Shown piece by piece: positions 41,100 through 54,102 of a DNA stretch of 64,000 nt. Position 1 is the first letter of the stretch, and each line of letters begins with the position of its first letter. The DNA lies in NCBI GenBank assembly GCA_951406725.2, contig OX597815.1, positions 152,954,001 to 153,018,000 of the forward strand, in the 5' to 3' direction. The notes under the pieces are model-generated. The model ran no database searches and was not told the DNA's origin. It saw only the letters and a program-made list of their open reading frames with translations. The DNA is from Octopus vulgaris. Taxonomy: Eukaryota. Made by a program: the position numbers and the translations under genes.

Positions 41100-41470
41100 C
41101 GAAACGTTAGCACGCCGGGCGAAATGCGTAGCCGTATTTCTGAGTTCAAATTCCGCCGAGGTCGACTTTGCCTTTCATCCTTTCGGGGTCGATAAATTAA
41201 GTACCAGTTACGCACTGCGGTCGATGTAATCGACTTAATCCGTTCGTCTGTCCTTGTTTGTCCCCTCTGTGTGTAGCCCCTTGTGGCTAGTAAAGAAATA
41301 GGTATTTCGTCTGCCGTTGAGTTCTGAGTTCAAATTCCGCCCAGATTGACTTTGCCTTTCATCTTTTCGGTGTCGATTAATTAAGTACCAGTTACGTACT
41401 GGAGTCGATCTAATCATCTTGTCCCCTCCCCCAAAACTTTGAGTCTTGTGCCTAGAGTAGAAAAGAATAT
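41100..41470 (+). mobile_element. SINE family B, dimeric/nested
   Basis: Two successive B-box + core segments with different 3' tails. Confidence 0.85.
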
Positions 41471-41472
41471 TT

Positions 41473-41530
<58 letters not shown>

Positions 41531-41884
41531 CTCCTGATATTTTGCTCCAATATAATTTTTAGCTCTTTTCTGTAAATATTAGTACATGTGTGTGTAACAC
41601 ATAGTTATTACATGCGTATGCATTCTAATTACTTTCTAATACTTTGGAATAAATAGACATACAAGAATGTCTATCGACTGATGTATGTCGTTTTTGTATC
41701 CCCTCTATTTTCTTATTTGCCGTATAAATTAAGGATAAACCACTTTTTACCACCGCCCATATATAACACTCATTTGCGAGATTGCCACGCAATAACCAGC
41801 ACTTGTGTATGAATAATTGAGCACACTACCAGCAGTACATTGGATAGATACTATCCCTTAGTTGGTTGGTTTCCTAACCTTTAA

Positions 41885-41961
<77 letters not shown>

Positions 41962-42285
41962 GTGCCAAGAAGAAAATGGAGGGAATCCAGAGGTATTATC
42001 CATCAGTTGTTAGACATTATATTATTTCTATTTATTTATTTTAAACAGTTCAGATAATATATGAATACATGTGTGAAGTATTAGTAATTTATAGAATAGA
42101 GAAAGAAGAGCAATTTCTAACAGCTGTTTCAGCCTAGAGGTCGCAGCACTCAATATCTTATTTCCTTCTTTTCTGTGTATTGTAAATCTGTAGATAAAAT
42201 TAGGGTAATTGGGTACTTTGTCAGAGAGTTTTTTATAAGATAGTCCAAGACGTTCATAGGGCTAATTTATGCACATATATATATA

Positions 42286-42651
42286 CTAGCAGTATCGCCC
42301 GGCGTTGCTCGGGTTTGTAAGGGAAATAACTATAAAGCATTTTTAGAGAGTTACAGCCAAAAAATGGGAAAAAATTATGGTAAATTTTTTTTAGTTAAAA
42401 AGGTCGAGTTGCGTCCCCTAGACAGTTTGTGCTTTGTGTTTCTGATTCTCAACCCCATGTCGAATTTATCGATTTTTTCAGAACTGGGGGAACTTTTCAA
42501 AATTTTCGCTGCGTTAGTTTTGAATTATGACATTGGGCTATGTGTGTGTCAAGTTTCATCAGAATCGGTTGAAAGCCGTGGTCAGGGTGAGGGTACAACC
42601 TAACAGACACACAGAAACACACAGAGACAAACTGCCGTTTATATATAGAGA
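42286..42651 (-). mobile_element. Non-autonomous Helitron (366 bp)
   Basis: Minus: A|TCTCTATATATAAAC ... CCCGAGCAACGCCGGG hairpin ... CTAG|T. Confidence 0.85.
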
Positions 42652-43552
42652 TATATATAAAATTAATTAAGGGTAGAAATCAATATTTATCAATTAAAAC
42701 CAGTGGTCTAGCATATTAAAAAAAGAATCCGAAGATTAAAATATTTATATATACCAATTAAGGACTGAACACGAAAAGTGAACAGTCAACATGCTAGATA
42801 TGGACGTCAAATCACCACTCTCCACAAAAGATTATGTTTTCAAATCAAACTCAGCACAAACCCAAGCAATAAACAAGTGAAAATATACGAAATAAAATAC
42901 TTATCCATGTACTAATCAGTTTCGGCTATTATTATCCACAAGGATACCTGTAGCCTTCATCAGCATGGCCCGATATAAATGCAATTTGCTGGACTAGATG
43001 CAACAACGATACCGGAGTATCACGTGCGTGGAGTTCAACCTATTACATTCGAATGTATCTTTCAAATGCCTTTACTTTGGCGCGTTGAGACCCGAAAAAA
43101 CCAGCCTGCAGCTAATAATTAGCAGCAGTCAATTTATCGGTTAGAGAACATATTTATTTATATAAAATTAATTAAGGGTAGAAATCAATATTTATCAATT
43201 AAAACCAGTGGTCTAGCATATTAAAAAAAGAATCCGAAGATTAAAATATTTATATATACCAATTAAGGACTGAACACGAAAAGTGGACAGTCAACATGCT
43301 AGATATAGACGTCAAATCGCCATTCTCCACAAAAGATTATGTTTTCAAATCAAACTCAGCACAAACCCAAGCAATAAACAAGTGAAAATATACGAAATAA
43401 AATACTTATCCATGTACTATGAAGGCTACAGGTATCCTTGCGGATAATAATAGCCGAAACTGATCTGAGAACATAATCTTTTGTGGAGAATGGCGATTTG
43501 ACGTCTATATCTAGCATGTTGACTGTCCACTTTTCGTGTTCAGTCCTTAATT

Positions 43553-43557
<5 letters not shown>
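42652..43557 (-). mobile_element. Non-coding hammerhead-bearing element: partial tandem (505-bp period) plus inverted segments
   Basis: ~260-bp near-identical direct repeats (GGGTAG at 42671 and 43176); 43419-43557 are inverted copies of internal parts. Confidence 0.8.
42905..42968 (-). ncRNA. Type-I hammerhead ribozyme motif (intact core)
   Basis: Minus: ccatg-CTGATGA-a-ggcta..22-nt loop..tagcc-GAAA-ctgattag-TA-catgg; GUA triplet. Confidence 0.8.
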
Positions 43558-43603
<46 letters not shown>

Positions 43604-43924
43604 ATATACATAAATATATATATTTACATATATACATACACACCCATATATACATACATATACATACACATATGCATGTATATACTTATAACAGAATTAG
43701 TTATTAGTAGTTGTAGTACAATATTCTTATTAGAGCATGCATAAAAAGAGAAAGAGAAAGAAAAAGGAAAAGAGAAATAACAGTATAATCGAAGAAAATA
43801 ATGGGGTTTGGGAGGGTTACAATTTTTAGAACTGAAAATGTACATAAAAGGAGAAAAACATATATATATATACATACATACATACATACAAATATAGATA
43901 CATACATATATACATATGTATACG

Positions 43925-44000
<76 letters not shown>

Positions 44001-44031
44001 TATTTCCTTGTGTCAGGTAAAGTGTATTTCT

Positions 44032-44091
44032 GCAATGGTTCGTATTGTCCTTGCATATAAATTTATATGCAAGGACAATACGAACCATTGC
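44032..44091. repeat. Perfect 60-bp palindrome, no spacer
   Basis: GCAATGGTTCGTATTGTCCTTGCATATAAA|TTTATATGCAAGGACAATACGAACCATTGC. Confidence 0.97.
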
Positions 44092-44116
44092 CGTGTGCGT
44101 TTGTGTGTATGCATAA

Positions 44117-44155
<39 letters not shown>

Positions 44156-44220
44156 ACAACGCGAGGACGTGGAACAAATATAGTATTATTGGACGCTCAG
44201 GAAAGAAGGGAAGAAGGAGG

Positions 44221-44255
44221 GTTTAACGTTTCGAGCGGAGCTCTTCGTCGGAAAC
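44221..44255 (-). ncRNA. Minimal hammerhead motif (U4C) in short repeat 44152-44320
   Basis: Minus: gttt-CCGACGA-a-gagc tcc gctc-GAAA-cg-TT-aaac; same family as 51555-51750. Confidence 0.65.
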
Positions 44256-44322
44256 ATAGGAGAAGGAAAGATCCCGAGAAGGGAAGACAAAGGAAAAAAA
44301 ATCGCCAACGGTACACATGAGG

Positions 44323-44366
<44 letters not shown>

Positions 44367-44368
44367 AT

Positions 44369-44555
44369 AGGAGTGGATGTGTGGTATGAAGCTTGCTTCC
44401 CAATCACATGGTTCCGGGTTCAGTCCCACTGCGTGGCACCTTGGGCAAATGTCTTCTAGTATAGCTTCGGGCCGACTAAGGCCTTGTGGGTGGATTTGGT
44501 AAACGGAAACTGAAAGAAGCCCGTCGTATATATATATGTGTATGTATATATGTGT
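44369..44555 (+). mobile_element. SINE family A 5' half
   Basis: tRNA-like head and CORE-like region, ending in the internal microsatellite. Confidence 0.85.
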
Positions 44556-45640
44556 GCATTCGTGTCAAAACGTGCGTTGGTGGCCGTCTTGAATCGAAGA
44601 ACGCTTGAAGAAGCGCGGCTGCAAGGTAGGCACTTGTGTTTTTAGGGATTCGGTGGGGATTTTGTTGTTTGACATTGTTTTCCTTTTTTCATATAAGAAA
44701 GACCTCACTGGGTCTCGAACATTTATCTCCTGCAGCCGCGCTGAAGTAACTCACTTAGCGGTAAGAATTGTTTTGTTTTGGTGGGCGTGTCTCGCTACCA
44801 AAATTTGAAAAGTTTATAAAAATTCGACCCATTCGTGGAGGATTTTTTTTGCTGCTACGGTGAACTGGTGTACCTGTGTGAAGCAATATTCTGGATAATT
44901 ACCTGTGGATTATTTTCGGATTACCTGTGGACCCGGATTACCTAAGCGGCGGAATTGTGTTGCCGTGCTGGAACTGTCTTCCTTTCATTCTTTTCTCTGC
45001 TCTGTCTTTCTGTTCTATCTTTGTGTTTCTTTGGACTTTTATTTGAATATTTTGAACTTTTTTGTTGAACATTTTCCTGTGTTTTTTTGCAAAGCATGGC
45101 AAAAAATAAAAACACTGTCTTAGAGTGGGAAATTGTGCCCCTTCACAAGCAGTGGGGAAAGGACCTTAATGAGAGAACGGTGGTGTTGAGGACATATTCC
45201 AAGTCCCTCGACACCATCACTGTGTTTTCTCGAGTAGATATTGAGGAGTTGGCAGAATACCTGCCAACAATCAAGTTTATTGTATGGGGTGTCAAATATG
45301 CAACAGTGTAGTTGCTATTTGATACTCCTGGGGAGGCTCGCATTTCTGCGAGCCAGCCCCTGGAAGGGGAGAAAATTCTGTTACTGCCCACATATCGTAG
45401 GAGGAAATTGACAAGAGCTTGGGTGCGTGGCTGCCACCAGGAATAAAGCCCGAGTGGATAGAGGACACTATCCGCTGGGGTCTGGGTGGCAGCGGAGCCA
45501 AGCTCTTGAATGTTAAAATGATGCCTACGGATGATTGGGTGGGGTCCAAAACAGTTTTGACCTTGTAGACCCAATCAGCCAATAATCTGGAGTTCCCAGA
45601 GAGTAAGCTGAAAAAAGTTAGTTCATAGTTCACGGTTAGC
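44556..45640 (+). mobile_element. L1/Tx1-type 5'UTR + ORF1 5' part
   Basis: ATG 45096 MAKNKNTVLEWEIVP..ERTVVLRTYSK..YATV..ASQP..LPTY..KLTRAWV, homologous to ORF1 at 6880(-). Confidence 0.82.
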
Positions 45641-45660
45641 AACTAGGGTTGCTATGTATA

Positions 45661-46075
45661 CTCTTTTACTCTTTTACTCGTTTCAGTTATTTGACTGCGG
45701 CCATGCTGGAGCACCGCCTTTAGTCGAGCAAATCGACCCCAGGACTTATTCTTTGTAAGCCTAGTACTTAATCTATCGGTCTCTTTTGCCGAACCGCTAA
45801 GTTACGGGGACGTAAACACACTAGCATCGATTGTCAAGCGATGTTGTGGGGGGGGGGGGGCAAACACAGACACATAAACATATACACACACATACATATA
45901 TATACATATATGTGACGGGCTTCTTTCAGTTTCCGTCTACCAAATCCACTCACAAGGCTTTGGTCGGCTCTAGGCTATAGTAGAAGACATTTGCCCAAAG
46001 TATCACGCAGTGGAAATGAACCCGAAAGCATGTAGTTGGTAAGCAAGCTACTTACCACACAGCCACTCCTGTGCC
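45661..46075 (-). mobile_element. SINE family A, full length
   Basis: Complete head-to-tail match. Confidence 0.92.
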
Positions 46076-47589
46076 TATATAAAGTAAGACCTGCGAATAA
46101 AAATCCAAATTTAAGAAATGGAATGGCTAAAATCCAGGCTACATATATTTTCTAGCTACCAGAACCTCGGAAATAGTAATTACTCAACGAGGGGAACTCC
46201 ATTAGCTACTGATCAGGCCGAAGACATCTTATTTAAATGAAATTTCCATTGTTGTCAAGGGATCCTATGTTAACTCGCGGGAGATTTGATCGAAAATGAG
46301 TGGAAAGTACACGTAGATTATTACCTGTTCCATACTCTTAATTTGGATATGTATATGTATGTATGTATGTATGTATGTACTATGTATTTATGTATATGTG
46401 TATATATACATGTATGTGTGTGTGTCTAGGTGTGTGTATTCGATGAACATCTTTCTTGATTTAACACATATATATATAGGTGAGACTTGCATCGTTACTA
46501 ATCATGATTTTGTACACATCTTCATCATACAGACACATACAGGCACACACATCACACACTGACACACTGACAGACATACACAATACATAAATAGGCTTTT
46601 GTCTGAATGTTTTTTCTTGCTCGTTACATCATAGAAGATTTTCATCATGTGCAGATGAAGGTCTTCAATAACATTTAATTTTCTCAGTCAATATAAAAAA
46701 GGGAAAAAAATGACAAAAAAAAAACACAGATCGAAAGGTGAGAAACAAAAACGAGGCTTTATTAATTGAACAGAAAACACAGACACACACAGACACACGC
46801 ACACAGACAGACAGACACACACACACACGCGCGGAGGCATATACACACACCCCAAATCCGATAACTCTTCAACAAATACACAAAATACGAAACAATAAAA
46901 ATGAAGTCATCAATTTTGTCTTAGCATCAATTGTAACATGTCTTCTTCATCTGACCAAGTTACGAGCCATTACTGCTAGTATAGCCATAGCCGGTGTCAC
47001 ACATAACAAGACCTTTCATCACACACTAATTAACTACCATATCCCCAGAGAATATGTTAAAACATTTAGTTTTTCGTCTAATATCTCCATTCTTAACATC
47101 ATTATCTATTTATCTGTTTTATCGCTCCTCTTAATTTTGCTCTATTACCTTAATTTCAAAGAATATCTTTCAATCATTTGATGAGGACACAAAAAGAAAA
47201 AAATTCCTCAACGCTAAAAATATAAAAAAATATAATTAGATGATAATAAGACGACTAATACTGAAGAATAAAAACCAAAATGTTTTTGATTTCTAATACT
47301 GGTTACAATAATATTAACGACAGAAAATTATCATTACAAATATCGTATAAAAATAATTTGTACTATCACGTACTTTATTTTTTGACGTTGCATCCTGAGC
47401 GTTCTCCAATAATTACTAATAATTTGTTCATTCTATACAAACTTCATTATAAAGTTACATTTCTACCAGGTTTCCATTATGGCATCACGGCAATCAGTTC
47501 GTCTTTATCTTGTATTCATGTGTTTGTTTTTTTCATTTTCGACTAGAGAGTTCACAATTATTATGTCGGTTACGATGTTTTACCTTTCG

Positions 47590-47905
47590 TCTTTAATCTT
47601 TCACTTGTTTCAGCTACGAGACTGCAGCTATGCTAGAGCACCGCCTCAGAGCGCCTAGTCGAACAAATTTACGCAAGTACTTATGATTTGAAAGTCTGGT
47701 AGTTATTCGATCGGTTGTGGAGAAATAAGCAAATCAGCAATGGTTGAGCGGTGGTGGGAGGACAAGCATAAACACATATATGACGGGATTCCATACAGTT
47801 TCCAGCCACCAAATTCACTTAAGGCTTTAGTCGACCCAGGGTTATTGTAGAAGACACTTGGCAAAGGTGCCGCGTAGTGAAACTAAACAACGGAACTATG
47901 TGGTT
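47590..47905 (-). mobile_element. SINE family A (diverged)
   Basis: CTTGTTTCAG...GAGCACCGCC...GAAGACACTTGGCAAAGGTGCCGCG. Confidence 0.75.
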
Positions 47906-48299
47906 TCAAATTACGTAATTACGAACCGGTTTCACTTCTGGGGAATTTCATTGATATATAATGAGGCTATTTGCAGTAGACATACTATGTATTTAATGAT
48001 GGTTGCTAGGAATCCATTACATTACATTACAATGAATGTCCTCAGGAAGAAGTTAAATCGGCTTATAATTAGGTACTTTAAAATATTCAATTATGTAGTT
48101 TTGTAATTATTTATCATCTAAAAAAGTAACTCGAAATGATATGAATGTAAAATCGTACGTAATTTGATTGTAGTGATGTATTTTGGATATGATATGATAT
48201 CTTGGAATATGTAATAATGAAATTTATTATAATTTCATTGTGATAATCCGTTTTTCAGTACGTATAATATTTTGAAATGATTTGTCTGTAATGATATAC

Positions 48300-51000
48300 T
48301 CTCCGGGAGAGTCTGGACCTCAAAGCAAGCGCAATTTTCCTAGACCCGGGGGGGGTAGGCTGGTCGTCTTGGATGTCGATGGCAGTAATGAGTGTGCTTT
48401 TCGACTGATAACAGTTTATGCACTGTCCTTAACAGGCCGGCCAGATTTCTTTCGACGTCTAGAGGTTTTCCTGGGAACGTCTCGACCTTTACTGTTAGTG
48501 GAGGATTGGGACGCCACCCTTGACACGCATCTAGACTATGTGGGCAGAGATAGTAATAGGAGGGGATGCAAATGCCTCAAAGACTTGCTCAGACGTTTCC
48601 ACCCGAATGTGCCAATGTGGACATGGAGCAACCTCATCGGGTCGTCCAGATCGTACTTAGAGTATTCTGTAGGACAGTAGATGAAGATAGTGTAGGCTGT
48701 CCACAATTCCATATAGTCAGCTACACAGACCACAAATTTGTGACTTGTACACTTGACTTAGATAAGACATATAGGCAGGCTCCTGGTTACTGGAAGCCGA
48801 ACGCGTCTTTCACGGCACGACAGGATTACAGGGACCGGATTAGCACATTAGTTAAGAGAGCATTGACGGGTGCCATCATCAACAACAGATAGTGGTATGC
48901 TCTAAAGAAAGCAATTAACGCAGAATCGGTTAGGTACAGTAAAGCCATAGCATTAGACCGAAATAGAATAGAGGGAGACTTAGTTAAGAATTTAGAAGAG
49001 GCATTTAGAACTGGCATCGCATCCAAAGTACTGGCAGCGAGGCTAGCCCTCGACCAACACCTCAACGCCAAACACGAAGGATGCGCGCTCTGAGGAACGA
49101 AGGAGTTGGAGCCGCCCGGGAGGCCCGAGTGGTGGAGACGCAACGGGGCAACATTAGGTCACTTACAGATGAACAGGGGCGCGAATTACTCAAGCCTGAA
49201 AGGATGTGTGAGGCTTTTCAACAACACTTTACACAACTGCTTGGGACAAGAGGTGGGTCAGAATGCAGAGTGGACTTTAGTGCCTACCTGTATGCTCTGC
49301 CACGACTCTCAGCAAGAGAGGCGGAGTGTTATGAAAAACCTATCACAGCTGCGGACGTACGGGATGCGATAGCAGGCTGCGCGAGAGACAAGTCACCAGG
49401 CTTGGATGGTCTGCCCTACGAACTTTATTGTCATATGCCAGGCGTCAATCAAAATCCTTCGATAGGGTAGACCATCACTACTTGGAGGCTGTCCTTAAAG
49501 TGGCTGGTTTCGGTCCCATCTTCCGCAGTTGGATCGCTGCCTTATACAGCGGCATCCGCTCGGTAGTTCGCGTAAATGGTCATCTTTCCAGACCTTTTAA
49601 CATCATGCGTTAGCTTTGTCAAGGATGCCCCCTCTCATCGCTTCTGTATGTATTGACTCTTGAGGTACTACTGCGAAAACTGGAGACGCTGAGGGGCATC
49701 CCACGAGAGCTGGGATGCGGGAGGAGCGTGTCTGCATACGCGGACGACGTCACCGTCATAGTGTCGAGCCACAAGCACATTGACCTGGTCGACGAGACAC
49801 TAAAAGAATACGAAGCGGTCACGGGAGCAAAAATTAACCGGGAAAAGTCAGTGGGCTTGCGGCTCGGCACCTGGAGAAGCAAGCCCATGCCGTCCAACAG
49901 CATCTCCATCGTGGGACACTGGACCGACAGACCGGTTAAATTGCTCGGAGTCTGGTTCCGTCCGGACCTCCAAACGGAGAAGAACAGGGCGAAATAACGA
50001 CTAGGGTGACCACTCTCACCCAGCAATGGGCTGAGAGGAAGCTATCCCTAAAAGGTCGGGCGGAGATGGCGAACGCGTACATCGCATCCGTTATCGAGTA
50101 CCGTCTGACCGTCGTGCCTTGTCCTGACACTACCATCACCAAACTGGAACGCATACTCTTCCGATTCCTGTGGAAGGGAAGCGTTTCGATGGTTAGGCGA
50201 TCCATTTGCTGTCAACACCCGCTAAATGGAGGGCTAGACATGCTGTGGTTGATGATGCACAGACATGCGCTGAGACTACGACATCTCCGGCGCTTCATAA
50301 ACGACGGTGAACAGGTGTGGTCGCGTTTTGTGCGACGCGCTTTCCCGCAACTCGCCTCCTTGGTCGAACTACAGTCATGGATCAAACAGAGACCGAGGCT
50401 AAGCGAATGGCACCGTGAGTGTCGCGTTGCTCTCAAGCAACTCTACCGTCCGGGACCAAACTTGTGCGACTTCATTACAACAAAGGCGTTCTATAGAGGA
50501 TTAGTGGAGGGGAGGTGCGACGACGTTCTCGGGCAGAATCTGGACGTCGACGAGGAACACCTGACCCGCCTGTTCAGGACAACTTTCGGGCCGGGACCTA
50601 TGGACAATCACCAAAGATCCCTGGCCTAGCAGTGCTATCGAGAAGCATTACCTGTTCGGGATAAGCTCTACAGGCACGATTCGAGACACACTGGACCGAC
50701 TTGCCCGAGATGCGGTCAGAGCGACGAAACCGTTCTGCACGCAACCGTTCTGCACGCACTCGTGCAGTGTCCAACCGTTTCGGACCTGTGGGCTTATGCC
50801 GAACGGCTGCTGTCACGTGTGGGACGAGTCCGCCTATCGGCCGAGTCCGCCTAACGGCCGAGTCCGCCTGTCGGCCGAGTCCGCCTGTCGGCCGAGTCTA
50901 TCGTCATAGTCGCTCCGCCCCCTTCCCTCAACCGGGAAGGCAAGGCAGTTTTCATCGTACTGGTGGCCATGGTGAAAGAACGTGTGTGGTGGACTCGAGG
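48300..51000 (+). mobile_element. Tx1-clade LINE ORF2 pseudogene (partial APE endonuclease, RT, C-terminal Cys/His finger)
   Basis: GRLVVLDV..FRLITVYA, TDHKFV, KSPGLDGLPYELY, KSFDRVDH, QGCPLSSLLY, SAYADDVTV, CPRCGQSDETVLHA; stops, frameshifts and an RT deletion near 49442. Confidence 0.93.
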
Positions 51001-51616
51001 ACATCTATACATATAGACGCAGTACATAGTCACTAAAACCCATACATACATAGACATAGACACACTCAGACATACACACACAAGGAGACAGAGGTACACA
51101 CACATATGCAAACACACAAACACGAACACACAAATACATGAATATGCAGAATACATACATGCATACATACAAACGTACACACATACATATATACATACGC
51201 ACATACACATATCTACATGCATACAAACATACACACATGTGTATGCGCACACACGCTGACCCACACACATGCATACGAACAAAAAAAGAAAGCAGCTCGG
51301 ATAACGGACAGAGTCAAGGACTGTTGTAAAATTTTAGAAAAAATAAATAAGTAAATAAGTGGAAACTTTGACGGTGACTGTGTTAAATAATAAGGCACGA
51401 AAAGAGAATAACTCTCCCCAGACACAACAATATATATATATTTCTTTCTTTATTGTCCTCAAGGGAGTTAAACATAGACGGGACAAACAAGGGGATCAAG
51501 TCGATTACATCGACCCCAGTGCGTAACTGGTACTTGTATTCAAAATGTGACCGGGTGTGTACCGTTGGCGATTTTTTCCCTCCGTCTTCCCTTCTCTGGA
51601 TCTTTCCTTTTCCTAT

Positions 51617-51651
51617 GTTTCTGACGAAGAGCTCCGCTCGAAACGTCAAAC
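51617..51651 (+). ncRNA. Canonical minimal type-I hammerhead ribozyme motif
   Basis: gttt-CTGACGA-a-gagc tcc gctc-GAAA-cg-TC-aaac; GUC triplet, predicted cleavage after 51647; palindromic stem III ACGT. Confidence 0.85.
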
Positions 51652-51745
51652 CCTCCTTCCCTTCCTTCCTGAGCGTCCAATAATGCTATATTTATTCCAC
51701 GTCCTCGCGTTGTTGTGTTTTCTCTTTGTGTTTTCATGTTTGGAT

Positions 51746-51805
<60 letters not shown>

Positions 51806-51806
<1 letters not shown>

Positions 51807-51945
51807 CTCATTTTTGCAGGTGAGTGAGCTGGAGTAACATGAAATAGAGTGTCTTGCTCAAGAACACAATACACAGCCTAGCCCGGGAATCGAACTCACT
51901 TCCTCAGGATTGTGAGCTCGATGCTCTAACCACTGAGCAATGTAC
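51806..51945 (-). mobile_element. Third tRNA-derived SINE family fragment
   Basis: Minus: GCTCAGTGGTTAGAGC A-box, GAGTTCGATTCCC B-box, TTCTTGAGCAAGACACT; a related head at 63075-63142. Confidence 0.75.
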
Positions 51946-51952
51946 TTTCACT

Positions 51953-52008
<56 letters not shown>

Positions 52009-52078
52009 GGTTGAAATTTACAGTAAAAGAAAAGACGAAGACAAGATGTATGAACAACAAGCAGGAAAATGAGAACGT

Positions 52079-52113
52079 CTTTTACATTTCGAGCTTAGCT
52101 CTTCAACAGAAAG
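52079..52113 (-). ncRNA. Decayed minimal hammerhead motif
   Basis: Minus: cttt-CTGTTGA-a-gagc taa gctc-GAAA-tg-TA-aaag. Confidence 0.55.
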
Positions 52114-52194
52114 CAATAAGAGAAAATAAACGGAGTGAGAATAATAAAAAAAAAAACTTGTGGATTTAGCGACACACACACACACACACACACA

Positions 52195-52509
52195 GGCGCA
52201 GGAGGGGCTGTGTGGTAAGAAGCTTGTTTCCCAACCACATGGTTTCGGGTTCCGTCCCTCTGTGTAAAAGAACCTGTCATATATATATGCATATATGTTT
52301 TCGTGTCTGTGTTTGTTCTCCCATCGTCGTTTGACAACCGATGTTGGTGTGATTACGTCCCCGTAACTTAGCGTTCGGCGAAAGACACCGATAGAATAAG
52401 TACTAGGCATACAAAGAATAAGTCCTGTGGCCTATTTCTTCAACTAAAAGGCGGTGCTCCAGCATGGCTGCAGTGAAATGACTGAAACATGTAAAAAGAG
52501 TAAACAGAG
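52195..52509 (+). mobile_element. SINE family A lacking the CORE-like segment
   Basis: Head joined directly to AAAGAACCTGTCATATA, then intact 3' half. Confidence 0.85.
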
Positions 52510-52548
52510 AAAAAAAAATATATATATATGTATGTTTGTGTGTGTGTT

Positions 52549-52581
<33 letters not shown>

Positions 52582-52959
52582 GTTTGTGTGTGCATAGTTA
52601 TTAAAGTCCTTTATACGGGGAGGGCATTTTCATTTGTCTGCGGAGGTTCCTTTAGTCGGGTTCTCGAAGAAATAGGCTTTACAGCGCATGCACTTGATCA
52701 AAAGGTCCTGTCTTTTCAATAAGGCGTGTTAAATAAAGCTCTGGTCTTAATTGGATATTATCTTTTCATCTCTAGGTGACACTTTTCAATTTTACGCATT
52801 TAATACGGTTATCTTCAAAATACACGGACACACACAATGCATTTGTTTTTGCTAATGAAATTTAATACATAAGAGCTTGAAGATCTCTTTCATTATGTTT
52901 AAAAGATGATATCTTAGCCAACAGCGTACAAGAATCTTCCCATCTGAGATAGAAATGCG

Positions 52960-53990
52960 TGTGGTTTAGAATTGAGCTATTTGGAGGCTGAATAACAGTA
53001 ATTGTACTGCAGTGTATATATACAATCCCAGAATTGCTTTTGAAATCAACTGAAAAGCTGTGAAATATACAGAAAACAGAGTAGGACCAGTTATGTCAGT
53101 CTGCCTTAAATTTTGAAGGAGACTCTCAAGAATAATTATTGATATTTTCCCCGCAATACGGAGTGAAATAGCTCCAGAGATATAACTTACGTCTTTATCA
53201 CTTTTCCCTTTGCGCAATATCTTAAGCTACACATATTTCCAATTTAGAAGCACTGTATGATTTCCCCATACATTATATGTTACATTGTGCACATGATCCA
53301 GCATCCTATTGCTCCTACTGTGATCATTTATGCCGGAATTCCATCAACGCTAAGAGCTTTCCTATTTTTTAGTTTACGTAAAGCTAGTCTTACTTCGATG
53401 AAAGTTTCGTAAACAAAAAATGGTTTTATTGACATTTGCTAAAAGATATCTATAAAAGACTAATCAACATTTGATGAGCAATTTAGCATCTCACTAAAAT
53501 ATTCTTGTCACTGCTGAATAATCTAATTTGAATCTTAAATAAACAGGTTACTAGCCTTAGCTGTTATGGGAGCACCGAAAATTTAGCAATGAAACTACAT
53601 TTAATTTTTATGAGTGAAAGTCCTTAATATCCTTCATATGTTTTCTGAAGACCACATGCACTTTAAACCCACCGCGAATTTTTCATTTAACGCTGTTTGC
53701 GCAGATGTGAGGATAATAAGCTATCTGTATGATTATTATAGTAGGCAAAACCAATCCTTGCATTTGGATTTTGCAACTGTCTCTATTTCTGCTAGGAAAA
53801 CCTTGATTTTAAAGTAATTCAATTTGGTATTATAAACTTACACTAAATCCTGCCTGATAAATTCTTCCTTTAGATTAGTAGTATCAAGTATTTTTAGGCG
53901 TTGAACATTCTTCCTTATTTTGGGTCTAAATTTGGACTTCAGTTTGGGTTGTACAAGATTATGTGTCAAATAATGCAACATAAAACCCAC
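52960..53990 (-). mobile_element. Very old RTE-like LINE fragment
   Basis: NRKALSVDGIPA and RKGKSDKDVSYISGAISLRIAGKI resemble RT domains 0/1. Confidence 0.55.
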
Positions 53991-54068
53991 ACATACAACA
54001 TAATATAACCGTTCATGAACCATTTACGTACGTATTTACGTACGTACGTACGTACGTATGTATGTATG

Positions 54069-54102
<34 letters not shown>

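Noticed and set aside
42113-42265. Hammerhead with large stem II insert (minus GAAA-cagctg-TT-aga); similar partial motifs at 10650-10730 and 61925-61952
   Set aside because: Only the 3' half or a damaged core is recognisable; the 5' core cannot be assigned
51860-51945. tRNA gene (also the heads of SINE families A and B)
   Set aside because: A/B boxes are present, but there is no intact cloverleaf and the sequence continues into SINE body
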